DNA of 64,000 nucleotides from Octopus bimaculoides (Eukaryota): the NCBI RefSeq assembly GCF_001194135.2, contig NC_068981.1, forward strand, positions 134,301,718 through 134,365,717, written 5' to 3'. Every line of letters begins with the position of its first letter. The stretch's first letter is position 1. The notes under the pieces were generated by a model that was not told where the DNA came from, made no database searches, and was given only the letters and a program-made list of their open reading frames with translations. The position numbers and the translations under genes were made by a program. Below, one piece after another: positions 51,240 to 64,000 of this stretch.

Positions 51240-51500
51240 AACTCAAGCAAACTGAACTGCTTCTGCTTCTCCTTCCTTTCTTCCATAGCTAATTACCAAG
51301 GCACATCATATTCTTTAAATTGTTTTCATAGTTGGAATATTGTTTCTGGTTGAAAAACTTTATAACAGCAAAATGGCTGCAAAGTGTTTGCAAATTGGTT
51401 TGTGCTTCTTGTGAAAATATCAGTGGTAAAAGCACTTTGAAGTATACTGTTATAAATAGAGAATTTTTTATCAAATTCCAGCAGCATGGTGTTAGGGTTT
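51240..51500 (-). pseudogene. Probable hAT (GTF2IRD2/EPM2AIP1-like) transposase C-terminal remnant
   Basis: LLEFDKKFSIY resembles L.EEF..RFSDF; CYKVFQPETIFQL and QKQYSNYENNLKNMMCLG resemble FYK....EKYPNL...AKRMMSLFGS across a frameshift. Confidence 0.35.
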
Positions 51501-53059
51501 CTAAAAAATGAAAATAAAAACAAAAAGTATAGTAAAAATCAAGTGTTTGTTGCAATTAGCTACAAGTTGTTTCTATTGGAATGAACCGAACAATATTTTA
51601 GTACATACCTTTATATTCTTTAACTGACAATTATTAAGTTACAATTAGATGACTGCTAGTTTAAAATACTAAACTCTTGACCACCAGTCAGGAGTTCTAA
51701 CTTTACAACTTTAGATTTTATGCTGTGCTCCTGAACAGGTTATGAGACGTTATGGCATAGCAGTTTTGGCATAGTTATTTTGGTGCTGCCTAATGGGCAT
51801 TGCTAATTTGACACTGACTTATTTGGCAGCAGATGTTTTAGTATTTCTCTCATTCTCTCTCTTTTGTGGTTATCTAGTTACGTTTGTATACGTTACTTTC
51901 TCTTCTCTTGGATTATGAGGCCGCACACTTAATAGGAAATAGGCCGAGCCTCAACAGAAGATGTGAATGTAGTAATAACACCCCCAGTTAACCTGGTAAA
52001 GGAAAACAGAATAGGGCAAAAAAAGAAGTGAGAGAGAAAGACACGGGTACAAACAATGTAATATGCAAACCCATATACATTCACAAATGAGTCACATATA
52101 CATGCCAAACACATAGACACATAAACAGATACAGATGCAGATGCATGTGCAGATAGATACCACAGAAAGGCAAGATGAAATAAACAGGACAAGACCAGAG
52201 AGAGGGGGAGATATGGATAAGAACAGACAATCATTGAAGAGATCACAAAATGTGTGATGAAAGACCGTGGACAAATAAACTAATAATAAAGCTAAAGTGA
52301 AAATCAAATAAATAGTGTGTGTTTATTGACAAAATGACTGTCTCCAAATTTGACAATAAAATGAAAAACTATGTCTATTTTCAAAGTTAAAACCTTTAAG
52401 TTCTGATCACAAGATTTTAAGCTGTTTTTGCACACACTTTTTTTTCCACTAATTCTACTTAAAACAAAAAAAAAATGTACACAATTTATTTTTAACAGTA
52501 ACTAGCTATATAGCCATGTTTTGTTTCTTCTCAGAAATATTTGTATTGAATACATTTTCAGCTGTACACTTTCACAACAAAAGCAAATACTTTGATTGTC
52601 GTATTTTTAAATAACCAGAACATGATGCAGACTTGTTTTGTAAACATACCTAACCTAATGCTTTAATGACTGTGTGTATTTTGGGATACCTAAAAAGAGA
52701 TCTATATCTGGCTGAACTTATTTGTAGTAGTATTTCATTTGAAGGCTTGAGTTTCTCCTCCAGTGGAAATGACATTCTAAGGTATTGACTGTTGATAAGG
52801 AGACTGGCAGTAATTATGAACTCTGCATAAATACTGGCAGCAATATTTGTGAAATCAGCCTAAATACAGGAGTAGATTAGTAGCGGCATCAACGGAGATT
52901 TCTAGAACTCATCAATAATCATGATTGAATGAGAGAAAATGATGGATTCTTATTTTTATTGACAATGGTTTGCTGTTCTATTGAACCTGAATCTGACATA
53001 TCTAGATTCATATTTAAATGACCCGAACTTGCTGTTTTTTCAAATATTAGTTGTCAAGC

Positions 53060-53315
53060 AGATCATCATCATTGTTTTAATGTCCATTTTTCCAAGCTCA
53101 TATCGCTGATGGAATTTGTTCAAATAAATTTTCTACAGCTGGATGCCCTTCATCAAGCCTCATCTGTTTCCAAGTAAGGTAATATTTTCCAATAGCCAGA
53201 CACGTTTTCACAGAAGATTGGAAATGAAGCACACGCTTGCATGATGGTAATACTCATTTACAACTATCACACAATATCAAGGCAAGTAAATAATAACACA
53301 CACACACACACACTG
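53060..53315 (-). mobile_element. SINE-A tail C
   Basis: Reverse-complement module plus (CA)n. Confidence 0.65.
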
Positions 53316-54894
53316 CCCTTCTTTGGTATTATAGTCTAAATCTCAATTTCATGAAAACTGAAAACTTTGAGCTCATTCTTGGATTAGCTCCTTGGAAAAC
53401 ACTAAATGCAGGAATAAACTAACATTTTTTTTTTAAAGACATGTTTCAAGACTTGTGATGCCAGCTGTGATTTTAGTGTCACTGATTTTCTAACTAAACA
53501 GTGTCAAAATATTCATGCTTAAGATCTGAACAATCTATCTAATCATCATCATCAACATTTTATGTCCATTCCATGCTAGCATGTGTTGGATAGTTTTTCC
53601 GACCTGGTTCCTTGTTGCCAGCCCTTTTAATTATTGATTACTGCACTCATGGATGTGGTGAACCTATTCTAAAATAGGAATACAGAAGGTAAGATAGTTG
53701 ACAGATCTTCTCATAATGTCCTATCTTCATTGACAAAAATTAAATTAAAAAAAGCTTATCATGTATTTATATATATTATATATGTGTTTGTGCATATCTG
53801 TGTTCATGAGTGTGTGTCTGTGTTCATGCATGTAATCATGTAAATGACTTCATATTTTTCTTCATCTGTATGTGTTCACTAATTGCAAACAAAACAATAA
53901 TCATGCTGTCAATACAGGCAGTGTCGTATGCTTGTAGTCATCTGCAGTAGCATATCCAAGATTCTTGTCATGTCTTGACATGTTACATGACCTTTGTAAA
54001 CATGCCTAGGCTGTTCATTGTTTGATAGACCAGAGGTATTATTACCCTGCTGAGAAACAAGTGAGGATTAACAAGAATCGTATCCAACCATAGAAAATCT
54101 ACCTCAACGAATTCTGTCTAACCCATGCAAGCATTCAAAAGAGGACATTAAAATGATGATCCTACTGCTGTTGCTGATGATATTTCAGTAGCCTGCATTA
54201 TTTATGAAACTACATGATTAAATCTTGTGGCAAAGAGATGAAGGAAAATTCAGAGGACATTAGTGTCAATTTATCTTTACCAGATACTTTTAAACTCCTG
54301 AATTACAGATTAAAGTAGCAGCATGTGTGGCAGTCTTTACAGCATGAGCTTCATTAATTCAATGAATATTGCTTTTCTTAAATGGCTTTGGTAGCATCTT
54401 TGTTTAGTCTAGTATTCAATAGTTAAGTGAGTGTCAACATAGGTTTACACACAGGGCAACCATAAAGTCTGGCTACATGGGAAATATCACTAGTATCTTT
54501 GTTTTGTTTTTTCTCTGCAAATTGAACATGAGTTTGTAATTTTCGCCTTTGTGTATGGACTTTACAGTCACCTGTATATTATATCTTACCTTGATACTGT
54601 GGGGAGTGGGTTCCTCACTGACAGGCCTCTGATATTAAATAAAATGTTAAACACTTGTAAATTAGTAGCTCCAGCTCTCTAGATTTGATGTAGATTATAA
54701 ATGGATTGGTTACTTGCTTCTCAGAGATTGGTCAAGTGATGTAGACACCTAATGAAATGCTAATAAGGTCAAAAATCAATTAAAACTGTTTGTAATTTTT
54801 TTTGAGTCTACAGAAAAATAGGTAAAATTGACATCTTTGTCTTCTATGTAGGTTTCCATATGCAATACAAGGAGTGTTGTGCAGTGTAGGAAAA

Positions 54895-55160
54895 AATATG
54901 CTAGCATGGGTTGGACGGTTTGACAGAGGACTGGCAAGCCAGAAGGCTGCACCAGGCTCCAATCTGATCTGGCAGGGTTTCTACAGCTGGATGCCCTTCC
55001 TAACACCAACTACTCCGAGAGTGTAGTGGGTGCTTTTTATGTGCCACTAGCATGAGGGCCAGTCAGGTGGTACTGGCATCGGCCACCACAATGATTTCAC
55101 TTGACTCAACAGGTCTTCTCAAACACAGTTTATTGCCCAATGATTGAAGGGTACTCTTAA
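54895..55160 (-). mobile_element. SINE-V
   Basis: gctagcatgggttggacgg...ctggatgcccttcctaacacc. Confidence 0.8.
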
Positions 55161-55292
55161 ATGGGCTGATAATTGATTAATATCATACTAATCTCTAAAC
55201 AATTTTATATATTTGGGCCAAATAGTGTACAGTCTTGTACATTTGCTTCATAATTCTTCCCTCACTACTTTGGTAAGTGTGGTGAAGTCTCT

Positions 55293-55336
55293 GCTTTGCT
55301 GATGAAGTCATACTAATGCCAAAATATGTCTGAAGT
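55293..55336 (+). ncRNA. Decayed type I hammerhead-ribozyme-like motif
   Basis: gctttg CTGATGA A GTCAT acta ATGCC AAAA TATG TC tgaagt: stems I and II pair with wobbles and one mismatch; GAAA reads AAAA. Confidence 0.45.
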
Positions 55337-56311
55337 TGTCTGCTATACTTGCTAAAATAATTAAAATAATATTAGTTATTGACTTTTTTTTTTTTTTTTC
55401 TCACTGAATAATTATTTCTAATTAACTTTTTAATTCCATACAATAAGTATGTTAACACTAACTTAGCTGTTGTTTTTACTGCAGATGGCATCTCAGAATT
55501 TTTATTTAGTATTTCATGCTTAGTCTTCATGATATATATAGTTTATGATTTTTTGGCAATTTGGCAGAGGCACTGTTCCAACCTATGAATGTCATCTGCT
55601 AATCTCTAATTCTGCACATTTTATGTCTATATCCATACATCTCCAGCTGTAAATTAGATCTTGTCCAGCTGTTGTCTGAGCTCTTTTTTTGGCATGTTTG
55701 TAGTACAACAACTTGAGTCAATAACATGACTAGAGAAAGGATTGAATATTTGGCAACACATCAATCAAGAGTATTAACATTTAAATAACCTCTGTTTTAT
55801 CCTAACTATCATCATCACCATCCTCTACAGTGAAGCTCTTTTTTCTTCACACATCTTGATCTTATGCTCTTTCATCTGTGAAGTTCATTGTTTCTTTGAT
55901 ATAATCTTCATTAATCTGTTTCTACTGTTCGTATATTCTCCTAGTTCTATTATTTCTTGCAACCAGTATGCATCATACAATCACTTATGTCAATATCATC
56001 AAACTACCTCCCTCCACTTCCTCATACATTGACTAATGCTTTTCTTTTTGAGATGTTTTCTTCACTCATTATTACATCTTAGTCACTGAGCAAAACACTT
56101 ACCATCAAGCAAGACATGATTAATGTTGGTTTTGTGGTTAAGGATTCACTTAACAAACTTGGGTCCCATGTTTGATCCTACTGTGTGGTACTTTGAACAA
56201 ATGTCTTCTACTTTAGCCTTGTGAGTGGAATTTGGTAGACAGTCCACCATGTGTTGTATATATATTTTACATGAAGAGAGGTGACAGTGGCTTGTCACCT
56301 AGCCTTCATCA

Positions 56312-56357
56312 GGATGTCTGACAAAGGCTAACAAGCCAAAATTTTGAAGTCATGATC
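56312..56357 (+). ncRNA. Decayed type I hammerhead-ribozyme-like motif
   Basis: ggatgt CTGACAA A GGCT aaca AGCC AAAA TTT TG AAG TC atgatc; both catalytic boxes differ from consensus by CpG-type transitions. Confidence 0.5.
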
Positions 56358-56467
56358 ACCCTTTTTCTTGTAAGAGTATAATAAATATGTACTCTACAAG
56401 AAAGTATTGAGTAATTCTTCACTTTAATGTTAAATTGTTTTTATTATAATTTTGGCATAAAAACAAA

Positions 56468-56635
56468 TATTGGTTTCAAATTCTGGCACAAGGCCAGCAA
56501 TTTCTGGGGAGGTGACAAGTCAATTACATAGATTCTGGTGCTCAACTGGTACTTATTTAAGCTATCCAGAAAAGATGAAAGGCAAAGTTACCTTTGGTGG
56601 AATTTGAACTCAAATGAAATGCCACTAAACATATT
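56468..56635 (-). mobile_element. SINE-M, 5'-truncated
   Basis: Reverse-complement core and tail gaaaccaatatt. Confidence 0.7.
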
Positions 56636-56671
56636 GACATATATACACACGTGTGTGTGTGTGTGTGTGTG

Positions 56672-56705
<34 letters not shown>

Positions 56706-56707
<2 letters not shown>

Positions 56708-57029
56708 AGGAGCACTCCGTCGGTTATGACGATGAGGGTCCCAGCTGATATGCTCAATGGAACAGCTTGCTCATGAAATTAATGTGCAAGTGGCTGAGCA
56801 CTACACAGACACGTGTACCCTTAACGTAGTTCTCAGCGAGATTCAGCATGACACAGAGTGTGACAAGGCTGGCCCTTTGAAATACAAGTATTACTCATTT
56901 TTACCAGCTCAGTGACTGGAGCAATGTGAAATAAAGTATCTTGCTCAAGCACACAATGCGTTGCCTGGAATTGGACTCATGACCTTACGATCGTGAGCTG
57001 AATGTCCTAACCACTAAGTCATGTGCCTT

Positions 57030-57030
<1 letters not shown>
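56706..57030 (-). mobile_element. SINE-R
   Basis: Homologous to 5758-6087; tRNA head gtgaaggcacatgacttagtggttagg. Confidence 0.8.
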
Positions 57031-57060
<30 letters not shown>

Positions 57061-57089
57061 GTGCTTGCCACATATGACCTCTACTCAGT

Positions 57090-57290
57090 TATTTTTTGAC
57101 CCACTTGTCTCTCATCCTCACATCACTCTTATCAAGCCCAACCCCCAGCTTCCACACACTGCACTCACGAATCCTTTCTTCTCAGTACATCAATTCAATG
57201 GGATACTCTTCTGGCTCACATATTTCCTGTAGGCATCAATTTAAATATGTTCAAGCAAGCATCAATCTTCTAAGACTTGAGGACCTGCAA
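57090..57290 (+). mobile_element. CR1/L2-type LINE 3' end
   Basis: HPHITL...NPFF...WDTLLAHIFPVGINLNMFK. Confidence 0.65.
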
Positions 57291-57589
57291 AAGTCATCTG
57301 GGCAGCCCCTTACAAAAATCCCTTACTGTAGTGATCATGAATACATTACCATATGCATTCTTGCTTTTCAGAAGAACTATGTATAGCAGTCATTTGTAGG
57401 TATGATTTAGTAAATACCATGTTTGAATTATTTTATATGCCTATGTAGTCACACGCAGGTATAGACACATTCTTGACCCAGTGGAACATTAAGGATGAGA
57501 CAGCTAGAGGGAAAGAGGACACCACCAGTGACCAGCTGGTTTCATTTACAGCTGAATAGCCTTGCTCAAGTACAGCATGTTCTGCTTGG

Positions 57590-57850
57590 TCCAGGAATCA
57601 AACTCATCTGTGCTGCATTGTCTTGACATCATGTTATAGTTGTATACAAATGCCACTGTCATACAAGCTTTGTCATCCATTTTCAGTCTTCCATGAATAT
57701 ACATCTGGTCAAAAGGATATATTATTTTGCTTGAAAACAAATGACAGTGGTGACAGGAAGGGCATCTGCCATAGAAAACCTGCATCAGTGAATTCTCTCT
57801 GGCATATGTAAGCATAAAAGAGAATTTAAAACAATGGTGATTAGGATGAT
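57590..57850 (+). mobile_element. SINE-A tail C
   Basis: gtcttgacatc...gacaggaagggcatctgccatagaaaacctgc. Confidence 0.65.
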
Positions 57851-58499
57851 ATAAGCTTTGATATACCAGAAACATCAGAAAATATTTTTAAAATGTTCTC
57901 TATAAAATTCTATAAAGCACTTAAAGTTGGAATATCAGATGTAGGTTCTTTAATTAGTTTTAATTTTATGATTTAAGTTAACCTCCTTTATGGCTTGACT
58001 TAATTCAATGGAAATGAGAGATCTAAAGAAAAATCTAATTATTGAAATAAATACTGCAGCCATTAAAATTCATGTATGTTTGAAGAAATCAGCTTTCAAA
58101 TTAGTAGGCATTCTTTTATCTACTTCATAATGTTGTTGTCGTCATTATAGTTTTAGCTTTTTAACACCTGTTTTATCCATCCTGATAAAGCTTGAATGTC
58201 TTCTACAGTGCAGCAAGTCACTATGCTTTCCCTTCCAATGATGGTTTTCCTTAATCTCCCTGTCTGTTGGAATTTTCACATTCCTGAATATGGTCACTTT
58301 GGCACTCTCTGATGTATATTTGTAGCATCTTTTTTGTTTTCTATGGGTACTTTGTGGTACTTTTATAATTTCCAGTAGTCAAAATGTGAATATATTTAAT
58401 TCAATACTTCATGTTCACAGTTCAGATCGCATAGGGTCATTTGTACCTCTCATTCTTCTTCACTCGGTAAAACAAGCACTATATGATATACTTGGTTGT

Positions 58500-58925
58500 G
58501 CATGACATAGTGACTTCATATCAAGATAAACAGCACATGACCTTGCAAGTGGGGGCCAAATTAGAATTTTCTTCAGGCCAAGTAGCTCATCCTACTCAAA
58601 AGGTCCTAGAATAAGGATTGTTTAAGAGTGAATAAAGGTTGTTTCCAGGGGTGGATTATTCAAACTCCAAAGAATCCCTCCCAATACATGGCCATGATGC
58701 TCCCCCACTACTACTGCTTATGATCAGAATTGCACATATCAACCACTAAGGGGCATTCTCAACTAGTTACAGTCAAGCAACTGACAAGCAAATTTGTAGT
58801 ATTTTGCAGATTATTTGTTATAGCCCCTCTTTTTATTTTTTATACCAAGACAAAACATGTACATATTAACACTTCCAATCAGTTAAGATCAGAAGTCATG
58901 AGAATCACTGCCTAGTATTGCATCA
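58500..58925. mobile_element. Unclassified interspersed repeat fragment
   Basis: Single copy here and GC-richer than its flanks. Recalled as a common octopus repeat; not verifiable within the window. Confidence 0.3.
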
Positions 58926-61254
58926 AGACATTCATTGTTATTATTGACAAATCTTATCAAATAAATGCAAGTTCTGAGCAAATCAAGTCTACAACCCAGT
59001 TTTTAATTCTGAGTTAGAACCATTTTATCTTATTCTCATCACTGATATCTGTAGAAAAGGCATTAATGCAGTAAATCTAATTTTCCATCGAACCCTAGGC
59101 TTTGTATGTGTGTTAAAAATATTATTAGAAATAAAATTATCATTAGTTTTCTTTCTGAAATAACTTATTTTTCTTTCATTGATTTATATTTAATCTATTG
59201 TTATAAACTTGTTTATTGACCATCTTTAATCAGCTTCTAGGAAACATTCAATTTTTTTGCTTTTATTATTTTTTTTTGTTTTCGTTTCCTTATGTTATTT
59301 GTGGAATCACTTTACATTAATTATGGCATTGATTTTTAGCATTGCCAACAGTTGGATGTAAATTGCCGAAGAACTTAATTGCAGTGGAATCTATTTCAGT
59401 TCAGTGCAATCCTGGTCGATAATATTTGGAAAGAGCTAAATTTAGAAGCACTAGCCATCATTCTTATGAAACTATATATATTGAATGATTGATTGATTGA
59501 TTGATACATAACTAGATAGATAAATGTAGATATAAATATGTGTATGTTTGGTATTGTATTGTGTTCCACATTAAAAGCTAAGCTCATAGCCTTAAGAGTT
59601 TGTCTCAAACTTGTAGGTTTTTGATCTAAAGTTATAACAATTATAGATATGAATATGGATAAAGCATGCTTGAAAGAAATAAGTTCAATCATTCTACATT
59701 ATATGTAGTAAAATTAAATGTCCACTTATTTTTACATCTGTTTGATAAAAGTACTTGTTACTTTCTAGTAAAAATCATGCAATGTAAAATCTTGAAGGGA
59801 TCAGTTCAAGTTTTATAAATGGTCATTACCATTTAGTAACAAGGCAGTTGTCATTGAGTAATTTTATTTTCAGAGATATTCTGGCTATGACCATTCTGCA
59901 TTTTTAGAGGAGTATAAGATTAAATTATTTAATATACCCTTCCCTTAAGTGATTTTAGAGAGATTTGATTGCTATTTCTAGTATGATGATCAACCATGCA
60001 GAAGCCAACTATGTAGAGATTCCTTTGTTGGCTCATTTTAAAAATGGTTATTATTCGCCATCTGTGTATCCTGCTAAATGTATACAACTGTTAGTAGCTG
60101 TTTGAAATATAATCTCTTCATAGACTTGTAGTAAAAGCATAACATGTATAAATCAGAGCAAGATGAACATCATCGCTGCAGTGACTCATTAAAGTAAGAG
60201 ATGCATTTTACCTTTGTTGGTGTTTGTCAATGCTATGAACTCAGTCATCACTTGCTTAAATGGAATCCAGGCTTTGATATACTAGAAACAATAAACAAAA
60301 CATTCCCTGCTATTACAGAGGTTTATTGTACGTGTATTGCATTATTCTTGACCTGCAGCAGTTTTAATGGAACACAAAAGATGTCAGGCTCACCTGTCTT
60401 AGAGGGCCTGTAAAGATCATGGGTATTCCTCTTCTTCCAGACACAGGGAGAAAAAGCAACAACAACAGAAATGGGATTTTTATTTTTATTCTCCAGCAAA
60501 GTCTAAGAGTTTTCCACATTTCATTTGTTCTTATATAATTTTTTTTTCCCCACCTCTTTCATGTCGAACGAAAATTTCCACAGTCTGAAATCTAATGACA
60601 TTAGATAGATGCTCTGTGATATTTTCTGATGTCTATCTGCAGTTTGCCTTCATACTGAAAAAAATCTCCTGTTAATATGTATCTATTGTGATTTACTTTT
60701 GGAAGAAAAAAAAAAAGGGGTGGCTGAAGGTCAGATTGATGTTACACTTAGTTGATTTCCCTGATGTTTATTTACAACACTGTAATTATAAAGATTTTCA
60801 TATAAGAAGTGTTGATTTGATGATGAAGTGATATTAATTGCACTGTTTAAAGCTGAAGCAGTCATTGATTCAATGGCTCATAGCTTTAACTTATACTAAA
60901 TGTGTTTGTTGCTTTAGTGAACTTTACCAGCATACATCAGATCATACACGCAACACTTAAAAGCTGCTACAGAGAATGAAAACAGGCTACTACTTACTAC
61001 TGCACACACACATATATCAGTGTTGATGTTCTTGAGTCATAATATTAATATATTATTATAATGTATTTTTTTTCTTTGTGTGAGTGATTTTGTTGAACTC
61101 CAGCAGCTGCTGACTGCTTGCTATTGTGCAAGATAAGGAAGAACACTTGCTTCACCATTTCACCTTTTCTCCAAATCAACACTCCAGCCTATTTCACTTC
61201 ATGCACACCAACTCAAACATTCTTTTTTTATATATATATATTTGACATATATAG

Positions 61255-61455
61255 CTGTAAGCATGGCTGTGTGGTTAAGAAACTTACTTTGCAACTACAT
61301 GATCTTGAGTTCAGTCCTACTGAATGGTATCTTGAGCAAGAGCCTTTTACTATAGCCCTAGGCTGACTAATGCCTTGTGAGTGAATATGATAGATAGAAA
61401 CTGTGTGGAAGCCCATCATGTGTGTGTGTGTAATTGTGTGTGTGTGTGTGTAAAT

Positions 61456-61492
<37 letters not shown>

Positions 61493-61690
61493 CATATATC
61501 ATGTTTGTGTCTGTCACCGACCACTACTTCATTTATGCCCTGTAACTTAGCAGTTCAGCAAAAGAAACCAATAGAACAAGTAGCAGATCTAAAAATAAAG
61601 TACAAAGGTTGATTTGTTTGACTAAACCCATCAAGGTGGTGCTCCAGCATGGCTGCAGTTCTGTGAGTGAAACAAGTAAAAGGTAAAAGA
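61255..61690 (+). mobile_element. SINE-A with tail B
   Basis: Head, long (TG)n hinge and tail B. Confidence 0.8.
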
Positions 61691-61889
61691 TATAATGAAT
61701 ATTAGATGTATAAAAACATAAACTATTTAATATTTTTACTCTTCTTGTTTCAGCCATGCGGCTGCAGTCATGCTGGAGTACATGAATTTAAAAATTATCT
61801 TTTTAAAATGCTCTTGCAGATCTAAGCACTGTTCAGTGTGTGTGTGTGTACATACAAATGCATAAGTAAAATATTCCCAGAACCCAGTA

Positions 61890-62186
61890 AGGTGGCGAGC
61901 TGGCAGAAATGTTAGCACACCAGGCGAAATGCTTAGTGGTATTTCATCTGTCTTTACATTCTGAGTTCAAATTCTACCAAGGTCAACTTTGCCTTTTGTC
62001 CTTTCGGGNNNNNNNNNNAGTGGTATTTCATCTGTCTTTACATTCTGAGTTCAAATTCTACCAAGGTCAACTTTGCCTTTTGTCCTTTCGGGGTCGATAA
62101 ACTAAGTACCAGTTGCGTACTGGAGTCGATCTAGTCAACTGGCCCCCTCCTCCAAACTTTTGAGCCTTGTGCCTAGAGTAGAAAAG
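61890..62186 (+). mobile_element. SINE-M (74 bp artefactually duplicated across a 10-N gap)
   Basis: TSD attcccagaacc(c/t)agta at 61873-61889 and 62187-62203. Confidence 0.85.
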
Positions 62187-62684
62187 ATTCCCAGAACCTA
62201 GTATTGTATCTTTGTATATTATCTTTTGATTTTGTATGTTATAATTAAGGGCACCAGCCCATTCCTTTCTAAGCTATTGAATATGATGAAATATATAAGC
62301 CTAAAGGAAATGGCTCTAACTAGAAGTCCAGGATGGTAAATGATGACCAGTACATATGCTGGCCATACAACACCCTCAGAAATGAAGCAAATTTTATATG
62401 ATAGCTTCTACATATTATCTAGCAACATTGCAACACTCTTATATGCGCGCATGCACACACACACACTCATTCATTCCTTCTTAATAAGAAAATTATGTTC
62501 AGTAGTGATGCTAAACTGCTGGACTGCTAATGAACTAAAATCATGCCAAGTATTGTGTCCTTACCCAAAGCTATCTAAATGAAAAATTCATAGCTGAATA
62601 GTTGCTTAAGAAAGACCGCTCAAGTGTAAAAACATCTGCTTCAATTGTAGATTCACATATATAAATTATCCAACCTATAGAACA

Positions 62685-63285
62685 AGCATGACTGTGCTGT
62701 TGAGAATCTTGCTTCCTAACCATGTGACTTTGAGTTCAGTTCCACCATGTAGCAATTGGGGAAAGTGTCTTCTACTATAGCCCTGGGCTGATCAAAGCCT
62801 TGTAAATGGATTTGGTTTTGATGGATAGAAACTGAAGGAAGCCTGTCAGGAGCAGCATTATATANNNNNNNNNNNNNNNNNNNNNNNNNNNNNNNNNNNN
62901 NNNNNNNNNNNNNNNNNNNNNNNNNNNNNNNNNNNNNNNNNNNNNNNNNNNNNNNNNNNNNNNNNNNNNNNNNNNNNNNNNNNNNNNNNNNNNNNNNNNN
63001 NNNNNNNNNNNNNNNNNNNNNNNNNNNNNNNNNNNNNNNNNNNNNNNNNNNNNNNNNNNNNNNNNNNNNNNNNNNNNNNNNNNNNNNNNNNNNNNNNNNN
63101 NNNNNNNNNNNNNNNNNNNNNNNNNNNNNNNNATGATTGCTGCAAATGGACGTCATTCATTTCTAATGTCCTATGAAAACAAGTGAAGGCTGGTGACATG
63201 AAGGGCATATGGCCATAGAAAACCTGCCACAACAAATTGTCTTTGATCTATGCAAGCATGGAAAAATGGACATTAAATGATGGTG
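62685..63285 (+). mobile_element. SINE-A with tail C spanning gap 62865-63132
   Basis: Head lies before the gap; tail C and (GAT)n follow it. Confidence 0.7.
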
Positions 63286-63966
63286 ATGGAACAACTTATG
63301 AAAAACTCTATAACTTGAGATGTTCTTCATTACATAAAGTTAAAATTGAATCATTTTAATTTAATTTTAGTTTAGATTTTGCTTAACTATTTTATATTAC
63401 CAACAGTTTTATCATCATCCTTCCTTTTTGCATTTTCTATAATACAACAGTTTATTTGCTATAACTTACACGTTATTAATTTATTTGTCCAACCCATTTA
63501 ATTTCCTTTCTGTGGGCTTTTGAGAAATTCCCTTTCAGATGCATCCAAATAAATAAATAAAAGAAGTATTCTTAGTTGAATTCAACAATAGTTTTCGGAA
63601 CCAGCCAACACCTTGTAACAAAAGTACTCTTGCCATTTCTTCTCCTCCCATTAACTGCATTTGTTAGTTATTATAATGCAGCAAACATCTTGTGCTTTAT
63701 CACTGTTGAATCTTTACAGTAGCAGAGACTGTGTAGTTATTGTACGAGCAACACAATAAACGGAAGGTGGGGGTGATAATGTCTGACAAGTTTTAGTTTA
63801 TTGATCTTTTATGAATAAACTTTTTTGATTGTACTTATGAAAATTTCTTCTTTCAGAATGATTATTTTTGCAGAAAAAAAGATTCCTTTCGTTCTTTCTC
63901 TTTCTTCGTCTTTGCTCAATTATTATTACTTTCCTTTATGTTTTTTCTACTATTTACTTCGCCTCT

Positions 63967-64000
<34 letters not shown>

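Noticed and set aside
61935-62092. Perfect 74-bp tandem duplication
   Set aside because: The copies flank a 10-N gap, which indicates an assembly overlap artefact.

Overview
AT-rich, repeat-saturated animal genomic DNA with eight N-gaps. The repeat landscape (tRNA-headed SINEs with microsatellite hinges, (GAT)n/(ATT)n tails, long (CA)n/(TA)n tracts) looks, from memory, like an octopus (coleoid) intron or intergenic region; the taxon is inferred. No complete gene is visible. The window holds at least five SINE types, non-autonomous DNA elements with verifiable target-site duplications (hAT, piggyBac, Tc1/mariner), and decayed coding remnants of hAT, piggyBac, mariner, CR1/L2-type, RTE, R4/Dong-type, HERO/NeSL-type and Penelope-like elements. 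The best host-gene candidate is a cluster of short + strand exons at 24.2-25.1 kb with an unidentified product. The main hunt results are: decayed hammerhead-ribozyme-like motifs including an inverted pair at 56.3 kb, a perfect 23-bp hairpin at 27.6 kb, a SINE whose 3' modules swap at an internal microsatellite, and an apparent AATATT target preference for one SINE family. The labels SINE-A, -M, -V, -R and -F are my working names. All protein-family calls are by eye, and repeat coordinates are approximate unless a TSD or TIR is quoted.
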